Source: Candidatus Woesearchaeota archaeon
Lineage (GTDB): Archaea > Nanobdellota > Nanobdellia > Woesearchaeales > ARS49
Direction of reading: 5' to 3'
Length of the DNA: 64,000 nt
Assembly (NCBI GenBank): GCA_038891615.1
Contig: JAWADY010000002.1
Coordinates: 1-64,000 of the forward strand
A program made the position numbers and the translations under genes. Below are positions 19,944 through 30,113 of the stretch, in pieces; within the stretch, counting starts at the first letter, position 1; each line of letters starts with the position of its first letter. The notes below the pieces were generated by a model. It did no database searches, was not told the origin of the DNA, and saw nothing but the letters and a program-made list of their open reading frames with translations.

Positions 19944-22900
19944 TCTTTGTTTGCAAAAGCAAAAATTTCAAGTTGTTTTTCCTTTTCCTTTCCAAAAAGT
20001 TCTTCAATTCTTGTACGAAGGAGTTCAATCGACTGTATAAGATAACGAGGGAGGGTGTACTCCTTGGCAAGCCAGAGCATTGGTTCAAGGTATTTTACTA
20101 TGGAGCCTTTTGAAACAGTGAATATGAGTCTACCTCCGCATGAACAAATGCCTTTAAGAGGAACTCTTCTATATTTTAGATTGCATGCAACGCACCTAAA
20201 CTCCTGGTTAAAGAATTTTCTAAGATTCCCTTTTGTGTCTTTGAGGAGATGTTTTTCAACAACAAGCCTTGCCACTTCTGCGGCGTCAACTGCACGTATT
20301 TTAGAAGCAAGAGCCATCTGACCTTTTAGTTTTTCTTCCATTGTTGGAAGTGTTTTATACGCAGAACATAGAACACCACCATTTATATCTCGCGTTGGAT
20401 GGCTGAAGCCATGCCCTTCAAACTGTGCATCAGTACCAAGCACAGAACGCAATTGTTTCATCTGAACTGCTGAGGTTGACTTTGTTTCGAGAGCGGCCAG
20501 ATAAAGCTCAAGTGGAAGCTCCCATCCAATATCCAAGTCAAAAACCATGTCATCGACTTCTGTTGGAACAATTTCTGCAGTCACTACGAGTGGAGCGTCC
20601 ATTGTGCCTCCCCTTGTTGATGGAAGGAATTCCCTTGAAAAATTTAAGAGCGCATCCATAAGAAGCATAAAGCCTAGCTCATCACCATCGCAATCTCGTC
20701 TGTTTGCCGCGTGGAAATAAGGATGTGCTAAAAAGCACTGAGTTTTTGAAAAGCCAATCACTCTACCAATAACACCGGCTGAGGTGTGTGGAGCGATGCT
20801 AACGATTAAAGTTCCTATGAGTTCTTCTGCTGACTTAACGTTATAAAATGGCGGCAGACCATAAAGTTTGAGCAGGAGTTCATCAATAAATTGTGCTGTT
20901 CTTAAAAGCATAGAGTCTGCAGGTTCGCTGCCCAAAACTGGACAGCTGGGTAAAATAACATCTTGAGGTAAAAGCTCGAGAATCTGTTGGTCAGAAACTA
21001 AAGGCTTGCCATGAATGTCCTTTTCGTAGCCAAGCTCTCTGAGCTTGCTTATTGGTGTTCCTATTTCAAACGGTTTAAAATGTGTTATTGGGAGCTCCGA
21101 AGCATCGTAACGGATTGTACCGTCCTTGTTGACTGTTAAAGACCATTTTGCACGCAGGATACCTTTCGCAAGATGTTCTACAAAGTGTTTCTCGTTGGAT
21201 GTTCCGCGAACGCCTTTTATGATATCTGGATAAACCTGCATTCCAAGCTTCTTTATGAGCGCAGAAAAGATTTCTTTTATGTTGATTACCTGCTGCATAT
21301 AATCCTTCGCAGGTCCATGTCTAGGACAATTTTGTTGCATAACAACCTGCTTACAGCCTTCGCAATAGTATCTGTGTTCTGTTCTTGAGCCGCACACCTC
21401 ACAAACTCTATAAAGTCTGCTTTTGTTGCATAAAGGGCACCACCAGATCATTGCTTCTGCAACGATTTTCCCAACCTCAAGGGCAGACTGAACAGCACGC
21501 AACTTTCCTCCCTCTTTACCGACTGGAAAAAGGCAATTTGGGCTCCCAACAAGTTGCCGCATGTTTGCTTTTTCGGGTCTGCCCATCCGCGCTCCAATAT
21601 AAGTTCCTGATTTATCACGCAAAAAGACTTCTGAAAGCTTATTCACAACAGCAAGCGTATCTGTTTGAGGTTCTATCAAAACTTTTGAAGTTGCGCTTGA
21701 AAGCCATTTAACATCCTTTTCTGTAAGGCTAAAGGAAACTGCAAGGGCTAATGCCCAATCTTTTTCAACAACTATTTTTCCTTCATCAAGTCTGTGTGGA
21801 ACGCCAACCAACTCAAGTGTTCTTTTCACTCCATTTTTGTTTGGAAGCTCAATCTTTTCAACAATGCCGTTACTCTTAGATATCTTCGCATCCGGCAAGG
21901 CGTCTAGCAAAGACTTGAGTTGTTCAAGAGAGATGTCCTTCCAGTGGAAAGTGTATCGTGGATGCAAAGGTATAGTGAGCTTTTTGGAAAGAGAGACTGC
22001 TTGCAACGCAGTTGGCTTTGTTGTAAGGGGAGCTTTTAGCAGCCTTTCTAGAAATGTTTCTGGAATTTCACAAAGTTCAGAAAGCTTGCTGCAATCAATG
22101 CTTCCAAAACTTTCTACCATGGCCTTTTCCAATTCTTTTATCCACCATTCCTCACAATAGCCTACAGGTGCAAGAGGCTGTGCCCTGTTATTGAAATCTC
22201 CATAACTTATAAGAATGTCTCCAAGAAAAAGTATCTCGCTGATTTTTTGTTTGACAGCATTCGCCATTTCTTGTGTCTCGAGAAAAAGAACAGAGCCATC
22301 CTGAAGTTTAACAATAGGCCCTTCAATTGTATCACAAATAGTTATTGCGGTTGATTTTGATGGTCGTTCCAGCTTCAACTGAGTCCCAATCGCAAGGAAA
22401 TTGTTAAGAATTTCCATTGTTGCCGGATGCACTGCCTGTGCAGAATAACCTGAAGTCCGTGTCCTGCCGTAGCGCAATCTGAATGCTCCTGCCGCAAGAG
22501 GGTTCCCAAGCACAGGTCTACCAGCAACCAAATCGTTAAGATAAGTGTAGTCTGGTTCAAGTGGGCCTTTTTTTTGTTCGCCTTTCGCTTTTACGCTTTT
22601 CTGAATTTTAATGAAATCAGCTAGCCAATTCCATCCATCAAGACCAAAATCTTTTCCCCAAGCCGATATTTGCTTGTAAAGTTTAGGGGCCTTTAGCGAA
22701 AGTCCTGCGGAAAGGACTAAGCAGTACCCACTTCTTATATAATTTGTTGGAATTCTTGGAAGGTCTCTATAATTTGACACTTCTATTTTTTCTGATGGTT
22801 CTCCACCAATCTCTACAGGAAGATTTTTGATTAAAAAAGCAAGTTCTTCAGGACTTGGATTGTACTGAAGATTTGTAACGCGCTCATGATAATCCTGCAG

Positions 22901-23479
22901 TTCTGTTATGGCGCGCTTGACTTCTTCATCTGTTGCATCATAACTTGCATAACCCATCTTTCTTCTCACGTAATCAGCAATAAGGACTGAAACTGCCATT
23001 GCGGTTCCTCCAGCATTTCGCATAGGACCAGCAAAGTTGAGGCAAAAATATTCACCACCACCATCTGTTCGTTGTTTTAATTCAAGACCAACAAACCCGT
23101 CCAAAGGCGCCGAGACAACTCCGAGCGTAACATAAGCAAGACCAGTCCTTATACCAACTTCCATTGCTTCTTTTTTGCTTTGAAAGGTGCAAAAACGACC
23201 TTCAGCAACCTCTTCAGCTATCGTAAGAGCAATCCTCCAATCCAATGCGCCATATGTGCGTTCGAGTTGAAGGATTCGCTCAACAATCTTCTCATTTGCA
23301 ATTTGAGGTGCAATGACAGATATCAGGCCGACAACACGCTCAGCCATGTTTTTGGTAATGCGTAGTTCAACCTTATCTTGCGGATCAAAACCTTTTAAGC
23401 GGGCTTTTTGTGCAACCGCATATGCCTTGGAGAGTTTTTGATGTAACTCTTCAAAATATTGTTGAATTCTTTCAGTCAT
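19940..23479 (-). CDS. polC: DNA polymerase D large subunit DP2
   Basis: AGPMRNAGGT, FRLRYGR, GARMGRPEK, KDGTIRYD, RRDCDGD, C-terminal Zn finger. Confidence 0.97.
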   Translation of the reverse strand: MTERIQQYFEELHQKLSKAYAVAQKARLKGFDPQDKVELRITKNMAERVVGLISVIAPQIANEKIVERILQLERTYGALDWRIALTIAEEVAEGRFCTFQSKKEAMEVGIRTGLAYVTLGVVSAPLDGFVGLELKQRTDGGGEYFCLNFAGPMRNAGGTAMAVSVLIADYVRRKMGYASYDATDEEVKRAITELQDYHERVTNLQYNPSPEELAFLIKNLPVEIGGEPSEKIEVSNYRDLPRIPTNYIRSGYCLVLSAGLSLKAPKLYKQISAWGKDFGLDGWNWLADFIKIQKSVKAKGEQKKGPLEPDYTYLNDLVAGRPVLGNPLAAGAFRLRYGRTRTSGYSAQAVHPATMEILNNFLAIGTQLKLERPSKSTAITICDTIEGPIVKLQDGSVLFLETQEMANAVKQKISEILFLGDILISYGDFNNRAQPLAPVGYCEEWWIKELEKAMVESFGSIDCSKLSELCEIPETFLERLLKAPLTTKPTALQAVSLSKKLTIPLHPRYTFHWKDISLEQLKSLLDALPDAKISKSNGIVEKIELPNKNGVKRTLELVGVPHRLDEGKIVVEKDWALALAVSFSLTEKDVKWLSSATSKVLIEPQTDTLAVVNKLSEVFLRDKSGTYIGARMGRPEKANMRQLVGSPNCLFPVGKEGGKLRAVQSALEVGKIVAEAMIWWCPLCNKSRLYRVCEVCGSRTEHRYYCEGCKQVVMQQNCPRHGPAKDYMQQVINIKEIFSALIKKLGMQVYPDIIKGVRGTSNEKHFVEHLAKGILRAKWSLTVNKDGTIRYDASELPITHFKPFEIGTPISKLRELGYEKDIHGKPLVSDQQILELLPQDVILPSCPVLGSEPADSMLLRTAQFIDELLLKLYGLPPFYNVKSAEELIGTLIVSIAPHTSAGVIGRVIGFSKTQCFLAHPYFHAANRRDCDGDELGFMLLMDALLNFSREFLPSTRGGTMDAPLVVTAEIVPTEVDDMVFDLDIGWELPLELYLAALETKSTSAVQMKQLRSVLGTDAQFEGHGFSHPTRDINGGVLCSAYKTLPTMEEKLKGQMALASKIRAVDAAEVARLVVEKHLLKDTKGNLRKFFNQEFRCVACNLKYRRVPLKGICSCGGRLIFTVSKGSIVKYLEPMLWLAKEYTLPRYLIQSIELLRTRIEELFGKEKEKQLEIFAFANKD

Positions 23480-23491
23480 AAAAAATCACCG

Positions 23492-24949
23492 CTAGCTGGA
23501 AAGCCCATCGTAATTCCTGTCGGCAAAATTTAACATTATTGTCTTTCTTTTATGAAGGTCGACAACAGGAACTACGCAAGGGGTTGGTTCGTGTCCCATC
23601 TTTTCCTGAAAATCTGTTTTTTCTTGCCAACAGCTCGCACAAACCAACAGAACACCTCTGTAACTTGCTGTTGCTGCCCTGTGAATATGTCCTGAGATCC
23701 ATATATCTGGAATGCGTTCAATGGTGAGCCAATCTTTTTGTTCAGGGACCTGTAGTGTTGAGCCATATGTTGGAGCAATATGTCTTTTTTGAAGAAGGAA
23801 ACGCATTATTTGAGGTGTTCTTTCAGAAACATTTTTTCCTGAGTTTTTTATAGAAGGGACAGTTTCACTGTAATCGTCAAAGCCGAAACCATGATAGCAC
23901 AGCACATCAAAACCTCCAAAATCGCCGAATGCCGCAATATTAACGAGTGCTGGATTGCTTACAAAAATTGCGTTCTCAAGCTCAAGAAGCGGCATCGACC
24001 ATTTACTTGGGAATGGTGGTTGAGGCTCAGAAAGCCTTGTTGCATCGTGATTGCCAGGACAAATTATCAGTTTGACATTTTTTGGTATCTTTTTTAGATA
24101 ACGTGTAAGCTCAAGATATTGCTTTTGTACATCATCAATATCAAGAGACCTTTCTTGATTTGGATAGATGCCTACACCATCTACACAGTCACCAATGATG
24201 AAAAGATAACGTATCTTTTTTGCAAGTTCACGTTGTTCGTTGCTCCCAAAATCCCCACAAAGCCAATCGATAAATCTTGAGAATTCCTTCCTTAGAAATT
24301 TTGTGCTACCAACATGAATGCATGAAAGAACAGCCATTGCAACATCTTGTGGTGCACGCTTAAGTGAGGTTTTTATAGGGATATCTGGATGAAATATGTT
24401 CTGGGCATAGACCATACCATTCCTAAACTGACCAACAACACCAATCACTTCATCAAGAACAATATCTTGAGCGATGGTAATTAACTTGCTAGAGGAGGGT
24501 ACAAAAACCTTTATCATGCCAGTTGGGTCTTCAACAGTGAGAATGATATTTCCAGTCTTTGTCATCTCTTTTTCATAAACCATTCCAATGAGTGAAGCTT
24601 CATCCGAGTAGTGTTTGGTTGTTATTCGTGCAATCGAAACTACATTCGATAGCTCGCCCCTTTGCTTCAAAATTTTTTCAAGTGTACGGTAACGAGAATT
24701 AAATAAAGCGATGAAATCGCTAACAGTTCTATCTCTTGGTTGGCCAGAATAGCTGAAGAGAACTTTTATCTGTGCTTGCGCTGTTTCTTCAACCTCTGGC
24801 TCACTTTTTGATGTGTTTTTGTTAAGCCAAAGTTCTGCATCGTGAACTGTTTTAAAGCTTGCAACAAGTTCTTTTGTCGGGATTACTTTTTTTGAAAGTA
24901 GTAGCTCAACAACCCTTTTAGTTATCGTTGACATCCTTAATACCCTCAA
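23492..24949 (-). CDS. polB: DNA polymerase D small subunit DP1
   Basis: OB fold, IHVGS, GDCVDGVGIYPNQ, PGNHDA, HIAPTYG, GHIH, CWQ. Confidence 0.95.
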   Translation of the reverse strand: MRVLRMSTITKRVVELLLSKKVIPTKELVASFKTVHDAELWLNKNTSKSEPEVEETAQAQIKVLFSYSGQPRDRTVSDFIALFNSRYRTLEKILKQRGELSNVVSIARITTKHYSDEASLIGMVYEKEMTKTGNIILTVEDPTGMIKVFVPSSSKLITIAQDIVLDEVIGVVGQFRNGMVYAQNIFHPDIPIKTSLKRAPQDVAMAVLSCIHVGSTKFLRKEFSRFIDWLCGDFGSNEQRELAKKIRYLFIIGDCVDGVGIYPNQERSLDIDDVQKQYLELTRYLKKIPKNVKLIICPGNHDATRLSEPQPPFPSKWSMPLLELENAIFVSNPALVNIAAFGDFGGFDVLCYHGFGFDDYSETVPSIKNSGKNVSERTPQIMRFLLQKRHIAPTYGSTLQVPEQKDWLTIERIPDIWISGHIHRAATASYRGVLLVCASCWQEKTDFQEKMGHEPTPCVVPVVDLHKRKTIMLNFADRNYDGLSS

Positions 24950-26153
24950 ATCCTAAGTTATTTGATAGAATCTGAATTATTTTCTTTCGAATCTTGTCTG
25001 AAAAAGAAAGCTGTATTTTTCGAGTTCTGCCATATCTGCCCTTTGAAACAACCTTTGCATTTATGAGTCCAAGCATATCAAATTCAGCAATGATATCAGA
25101 AACTCTTCTTTGAGTTAACTGCCTTAAACCAACACGTTCGCAGACAAGCTTGTAAGCTTCATAGATATCTCCAGTATATATATCATCCTCGCGTTGTGAT
25201 GTTGAAAGGAAAATGGCATAAAGGACTGCCTGATACTGTTGAGGTTGTGTGGTTACTGTTTCAAGTATCCTATCATTTTCGATTTTGGCCTCAGCCTTGT
25301 CGATATGTTCTATTTTTATTTTAGGCGAACCTTCGCGTTCCGCGAGCTCTCCTGCCACACGAAGCAGCTCAAGCGCCCTTCGAGCATCACCATGTTCTCT
25401 TGCGGCATATGCCGCGCATTTTTCAATTGCACCTTCACCAATTGCATCCTTTGCTAATGCTTCTGCAGCCCTCTGTTTTAAAATCTCTTGCAGTTGAATG
25501 GCGTTGTAGGGTGGGAAGATCATCTCTTCTTCAGAAAGGGAACTTTGTACTCTAGGATCTAAATTTTCTGTAAAAACAAGATTGTTTGATATTCCAATAA
25601 TTGAAACCTTAACATTTTTTAATTCAGAGTTTATTCTGGTTAAATTATAAAGAAGCTGGTCACCTGTGTTCTCAGCCAACTCATCAATTTCATCAAGTAT
25701 TATGATAACATTTTGTTTTTTAGAATCGATTATTTTGCAAAAGGTATTATAGATTTCGCTTGTTGGAAGTCCTGTTTGTGGAACGTCACAACCTAATTCT
25801 CTACAAAGATGAGCAAGGAGACGATATTCTGTGTCTGAAATTTTTTTCAATTTACAATTTACATAAAGTACTTTTAGTAGAATGTTATGATGCGCTGCGA
25901 CGTTTTCTAGTTGTCTTGTTGTGTACCTCACAGTCACAGTCTTTCCTGTGCCAGTTTTGCCGTAAACAAATATATTTGAAGGTTTCTCCATTCTTAACAC
26001 AGGTGCAAGAATGTTTGCAAGTTGTTGCACTTGCTCATCGCGATAGAGTATTTTTTCTGGAACATAGTCTAGTTGAAGTGCTTTTTTGTTAACAAAAAGA
26101 GATTTTTTTGAAAGATACTGTTCAAAGAAATCAACCAACCTCCCCTCTTTCAT
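24918..26153 (-). CDS. cdc6: Cdc6/Orc1 replication initiator
   Basis: GKTGTGKT, LDEID, DPRVQSSL, HGDARRAL, SKGRYGRT. Confidence 0.96.
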   Translation of the reverse strand: MKEGRLVDFFEQYLSKKSLFVNKKALQLDYVPEKILYRDEQVQQLANILAPVLRMEKPSNIFVYGKTGTGKTVTVRYTTRQLENVAAHHNILLKVLYVNCKLKKISDTEYRLLAHLCRELGCDVPQTGLPTSEIYNTFCKIIDSKKQNVIIILDEIDELAENTGDQLLYNLTRINSELKNVKVSIIGISNNLVFTENLDPRVQSSLSEEEMIFPPYNAIQLQEILKQRAAEALAKDAIGEGAIEKCAAYAAREHGDARRALELLRVAGELAEREGSPKIKIEHIDKAEAKIENDRILETVTTQPQQYQAVLYAIFLSTSQREDDIYTGDIYEAYKLVCERVGLRQLTQRRVSDIIAEFDMLGLINAKVVSKGRYGRTRKIQLSFSDKIRKKIIQILSNNLGFEGIKDVNDN

Positions 26154-26500
26154 GCCACTCCACTTGAAATGAAGGTTTATAAACATTTTGATTTAAGTGG
26201 AAACACCCCTTTATTTCGTGTGGAAGTTTGTGGGTTTTTGAATTGATGGCTTGAGAATAACAATAATTTTTCAATATTTGAACAAAATAAAACAATAACT
26301 TATTCTTATTTTCAATATTAAAAAATAGTTATTAAATAAAAAAATTTTATTTCAATATTAAAAAATAAGCTATAAAAGAAGAATGATTAATTGTTTAAAA
26401 CCAATGAATTGAAAGTTTAAAAATAATGAATTAAACAATTGTGACATTTATAACAACTAAACAAAAATCACTGAAGTTCCAAACGAAACAAAGGGGTTGC
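26154..26500. other. Replication origin (oriC): ORB elements flanking an AT-rich DUE
   Basis: ORB-like TCCACTTGAAATGAAGG (+, about 26159), TTCCACACGAAATAAAGGGGT (-, 26205-26225) and GTTCCAAACGAAACAAAGGGGT (+, 26476-26497). An AT-rich core with repeated TTTCAATATT lies between them, directly upstream of cdc6. Confidence 0.85.
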
Positions 26501-26573
26501 TCTGAAGTTTGTCTATAAAAACCTTTATATATTAGTTATGCCTTTTTAGTAGTAACTTAAAGCTATTATAAAA

Positions 26574-27356
26574 ATGATTGTAAATGCCGAATTTTTAAGC
26601 AGACTTAGAGATTTTGGTTTGAATGCCTATGAAGCAAGACTTTGGGTTGCGCTAATTTCTAAAGGAATCTCGACTGCTGGAGAGCTTTCTGACATTGCCA
26701 ATGTTCCTAGGAGCAGAAGTTATGATGTTCTTGAAAGCCTCGAAAAAAAGGGCTTTATCATAATGAAGCTTAGTAAGCCGATAAAGTATATTGCTGTTCC
26801 TCCATCAGAGGTCATTGAGCGTATGAAAGAAAAGATTGCTGAGGAAGCAAAAAGAAAGGCGGTTTTTCTTGAAAAAATAAAAAATGACGCAATTCTAGAA
26901 AAGCTGGAGCTTCTGCATAATAATGGAATGGCCAAAGTTAATAAACAGGATTTGATTGGCTCAATAAAAGGTAAACAAAACATTTATCATCACATAAGGT
27001 TGATAATAAAATCCGCAAAAAAATCAATTCTCATCACAGCATCTAAAACCACACTTTTAGAGATTATCCTTTCACTTAAAGGTGCATTGGAAAAAGCAAG
27101 AGCAAATGGCGCTCATACACTCATCATTGCACCCGACAAAAAGCTTTCAACAGACATCAGAAAACTACTACCATTTGTGAAAGTAAAAGCTTGCAAACAC
27201 AATAGTGATGTTGCTTTTATTGTCGTTGATAAAAAAGATGTTCTTTTGACTGCTTTTGGCGATAGCACACTACCAGCAAATAGCTATGCTATCTGGGCAA
27301 GCAACGAATCCTTTGCAAAAGGCATTGAAGATGTTGTTCTTGCAACTATGAAATAA
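26574..27356 (+). CDS. TrmB-family transcriptional regulator (paralog 1)
   Basis: FGLNAYEA, ELSDIANVPRSRSYDVLESLEKKG, PIKY.AVPP; PLD-like C-domain. Confidence 0.9.
   Translation: MIVNAEFLSRLRDFGLNAYEARLWVALISKGISTAGELSDIANVPRSRSYDVLESLEKKGFIIMKLSKPIKYIAVPPSEVIERMKEKIAEEAKRKAVFLEKIKNDAILEKLELLHNNGMAKVNKQDLIGSIKGKQNIYHHIRLIIKSAKKSILITASKTTLLEIILSLKGALEKARANGAHTLIIAPDKKLSTDIRKLLPFVKVKACKHNSDVAFIVVDKKDVLLTAFGDSTLPANSYAIWASNESFAKGIEDVVLATMK
26679..26815 (+). repeat. 137-bp near-identical repeat, copy 1 (copy 2 at 51698-51834)
   Basis: Manual alignment shows 2 mismatches in 137 nt; flanking sequence is divergent. Confidence 0.9.
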
Positions 27357-27412
27357 AAAGACCAAAAGATTTTTAAACACAGCTAATTGGTTTTAAGAAA
27401 AAAGATGAGCAA

Positions 27413-27604
27413 ATGGTAGAGGATGTACTTTTAAGGTTAACGCTTGCTGTAATTATTGGTACACTTGCTGCAATAATATATTCCCTTAGAGTTCTTGTCA
27501 TGATGGAAAGGCGTATCGCTAGAATCGAACAGCACATAGATGCTCTTGTGCACAAAGCATTGAAGGAAGAAAGTTCAATTAAGCGCGTGCTAAAAAAACT
27601 TTGA
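27413..27604 (+). CDS. Small membrane protein with coiled-coil tail
   Basis: TM segment IIGTLAAIIYSLR followed by ERRIARIE. Confidence 0.65.
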   Translation: MVEDVLLRLTLAVIIGTLAAIIYSLRVLVMMERRIARIEQHIDALVHKALKEESSIKRVLKKL

Positions 27605-27614
27605 CGCTCAAACT

Positions 27615-28115
27615 TTAAAATTTTTCCTTTTTTAACCTTTCAATCTCTTTTTTCAACTCTTCAATCTTTTTTCTGTTGTCTTCTTGTTCAAGAAGCTCTC
27701 CACATTCAGGGCATTTGTAGCTAAAGCCACTTGCTTGGTCAAAATCTAGTCGCACACATTTGTTTTTGCACATAAAAAATATTTCTGATTCTTCACGCTT
27801 CAACCGCTCGATGTAACTTTCTAACTTTCGTTTTCTCAATTCTTCTGAAATTGCCTTAATCCTTTTTGTATTGAAAGTCCAGAAATATATGTACCAACCT
27901 TTTTTTCGATCTTTTTTCCGTGTAAAGTTTACTAGGTTTGCGTTGTATAACTTGTAAAGTGCGTTCCTAACAGGATTTACTTCTTTCTTCATCCGAGTCG
28001 CTATTTGATACTCTGACAAGTTTTTACCTTTTAGAAGCACTCTAGCAACAGGTAAGGCTTCCTCGCCTGCAACTTCACTCACAACCGACTCGATAAGCTT
28101 TTCTGAAAGCTTCAT
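27615..28115 (-). CDS. tfe: Transcription factor E alpha (TFE)
   Basis: Winged helix VRNALYKL...GWYIYFW, Zn ribbon C..C / CPECG..L...DN. Confidence 0.88.
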   Translation of the reverse strand: MKLSEKLIESVVSEVAGEEALPVARVLLKGKNLSEYQIATRMKKEVNPVRNALYKLYNANLVNFTRKKDRKKGWYIYFWTFNTKRIKAISEELRKRKLESYIERLKREESEIFFMCKNKCVRLDFDQASGFSYKCPECGELLEQEDNRKKIEELKKEIERLKKEKF

Positions 28116-28200
28116 TTTGGCAAAAATTATAAACGTTTTAGAATCAAGCTTTCGATTTATAAACCTTTCGTGCAACCAAAACCACATTTGATACTGGTTA

Positions 28201-28584
28201 TCAAGCCACCAGTTGCTCAAAGAGCAATCCTTTCATTCGGCACAACTCTTCATCCGCAGTAAAACCTTTTTTTGTTTCTTTGAAATCCTCTAGTGCAAGG
28301 AAAAACCACTCTCCACCAACCAGCCTAAGAGCAACCCAACTTTCTGCTCCAAATATGTGTGAAAATGTTTTTAAGTCCTCAATTTCTTTTCGAGAGATGT
28401 GTATCCTTTTCCTAAAAGTTTTACACTCAAGTGCAAGCTTTCTTACATTGTTTGCGGCAAGGATATCAGGTACAGGATAACGTATTGCACCCGAACCGGC
28501 TGAACGAAGAGCTGCCCAGCCAGCTTTCCAAAACATATGTACAAGTTCTCTTTCTGCAGCAGTTCCTTTGTCTTTGCTGCTCAT
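28201..28584 (-). CDS. hjc: Holliday junction resolvase Hjc
   Basis: KGTAAEREL, RSAGSG, PDILA, ECK. Confidence 0.92.
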   Translation of the reverse strand: MSSKDKGTAAERELVHMFWKAGWAALRSAGSGAIRYPVPDILAANNVRKLALECKTFRKRIHISRKEIEDLKTFSHIFGAESWVALRLVGGEWFFLALEDFKETKKGFTADEELCRMKGLLFEQLVA

Positions 28585-28585
28585 T

Positions 28586-29476
28586 TTATACAATTATTTC
28601 CATAAAATCCTTTGCAGCAATAACATTGTCAAAAGCTGTTCTTGCATCCAACTCAAGTTCCGCAGTATCTTTATATCTTGCACTAAAATGTGTTAGGACA
28701 AGCTTTTTGACGTTAGCTCTCGCAGCCAACTGAGCGCTTTCAAGTGCCGTCATGTGGCCATACTTTTTAGCTTGTTCTGCGAGATTACTGGCATAAACCG
28801 CTTCACAAATCAAAAGATCTGCGTCAGCAGCTATTTCTTCGCATTTTTTTGTAACAATGGTGTCTGTTATAAAAGCAACCTTTTTGCCTCTTACGACAAT
28901 CGTAGCTTCTTCTGGTGTTACCTTTCTTCCTTTCCATTGTATTGTCTTTCCCTCTTGAAGCTCTCCAAGGAGAACACCCTCTGGAATTCCTAGCTTTTTT
29001 GTTACATTAAGATTTATCTTTCTTCTATCAGCCTCGATAACTGCATACGCATTACAAGGAACCGGGTGTTGCATTTCTGCAGCTTCTAAGCGAATGTCCT
29101 TTGATTCAAAAAAAACGCCCCCTTCAACCTCACGAACCTTTACTTTTAGCCTAAGGTCAAAGTAAAATGAATTTTCAATCGAATTAAACCTTTTAACAGT
29201 TCCTTTTGGGCCATAAATTTCAAGAATACCAGGATAACTCATCGCCGCCATTGTTTGAACCAGACCAGGGAGTCCAAGACTATGATCTCCATGCCAATGC
29301 GTTAGAAGAATTTTTGTTATTTTTGTTGGTCTTATTCCTGCCAACATAAGCTGCCGTTGTGTTCCTTCGCCACAATCAATAAGTATACCTTCATTCTTAT
29401 GACTTATAAAAACAGCAGAAGTGTTTCTTTCTTTTGTCGGCATCATACACGACGTCCCAAGAAATGTGACTTTCAT
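28586..29476 (-). CDS. rnz: Ribonuclease Z
   Basis: FLGT..PTKERN, DCGEGTQRQ, THWHGDH, HMT, THFSARY; exosite insert. Confidence 0.95.
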   Translation of the reverse strand: MKVTFLGTSCMMPTKERNTSAVFISHKNEGILIDCGEGTQRQLMLAGIRPTKITKILLTHWHGDHSLGLPGLVQTMAAMSYPGILEIYGPKGTVKRFNSIENSFYFDLRLKVKVREVEGGVFFESKDIRLEAAEMQHPVPCNAYAVIEADRRKINLNVTKKLGIPEGVLLGELQEGKTIQWKGRKVTPEEATIVVRGKKVAFITDTIVTKKCEEIAADADLLICEAVYASNLAEQAKKYGHMTALESAQLAARANVKKLVLTHFSARYKDTAELELDARTAFDNVIAAKDFMEIIV

Positions 29477-29584
29477 ATACCTGTTTATCAACATTCTGTT
29501 TAAAAAAGTTGCTAGCAGACATTGTTTGACAACATCTGTCACGACTCAAAAAGTTTTTTAAAGAATAGAGCGTAGCTCTCTTCC

Positions 29585-30109
29585 ATGGTTGTGAAGGCAA
29601 TATTTGTCCATGGGAGAATTGTAACCGAGAATTCTGATGAAGCAAGAGAGCTCTATAACCAATCACGCTTTGGTTCCTTACTTGAGGATGGAAGGGTTCA
29701 ACTTGGACTTGCAGAGACGCTTTATCTTATTGAAAAGAAAAAACTTGAGCTTTATGACAGCAGGAATAAACCAATAACAGCTGAAAGTTTTACTAAAAAA
29801 GCATCACGACTGGAGCCTAAGTTTTGGACAAGATATACTGTTTTTAAGGACATAAGGGACAGAGGTTATATAATAAAAACAGCCCTCAAATTTGGAGCAG
29901 ATTTCAGGATTTATGACAGGGGAGTGAAGCCTGGCGAGGCTCACGCAAGATGGGTGGTCTATCCTGTTGATGAAAAGGAAAGCCTTACTTGGCACGATTT
30001 TGCAGCAAAAAACAGAGTTGCCCATAGCACGAGGAAGCGGCTTTTAATTGCTGTTGTTGATGAGGAAGGAGATGTTAGCTACTGGGAGGTTCGGTGGCTT
30101 AGACCTTAA
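29585..30109 (+). CDS. endA: tRNA-intron endonuclease (short alpha4-type)
   Basis: RGYIIKTALKFGADFRIY..G..P...H, RVAHSTRK. Confidence 0.93.
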   Translation: MVVKAIFVHGRIVTENSDEARELYNQSRFGSLLEDGRVQLGLAETLYLIEKKKLELYDSRNKPITAESFTKKASRLEPKFWTRYTVFKDIRDRGYIIKTALKFGADFRIYDRGVKPGEAHARWVVYPVDEKESLTWHDFAAKNRVAHSTRKRLLIAVVDEEGDVSYWEVRWLRP

Positions 30110-30113
30110 GAAA

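Noticed and set aside
15424-23479. Inteins in MCM or PolD DP2
   Set aside because: Protein lengths and motifs are continuous, with no splice-junction or LAGLIDADG motifs.
26250-26460. AT-rich tract as foreign DNA or a CRISPR array
   Set aside because: The repeats are short and irregular with no spacer periodicity; the tract is better explained as a DUE between ORBs.
26679-26815. DGR or mobile repeat explanation for the TrmB repeat
   Set aside because: Only two mismatches, in-frame within homologous domains, with no element ends or RT.
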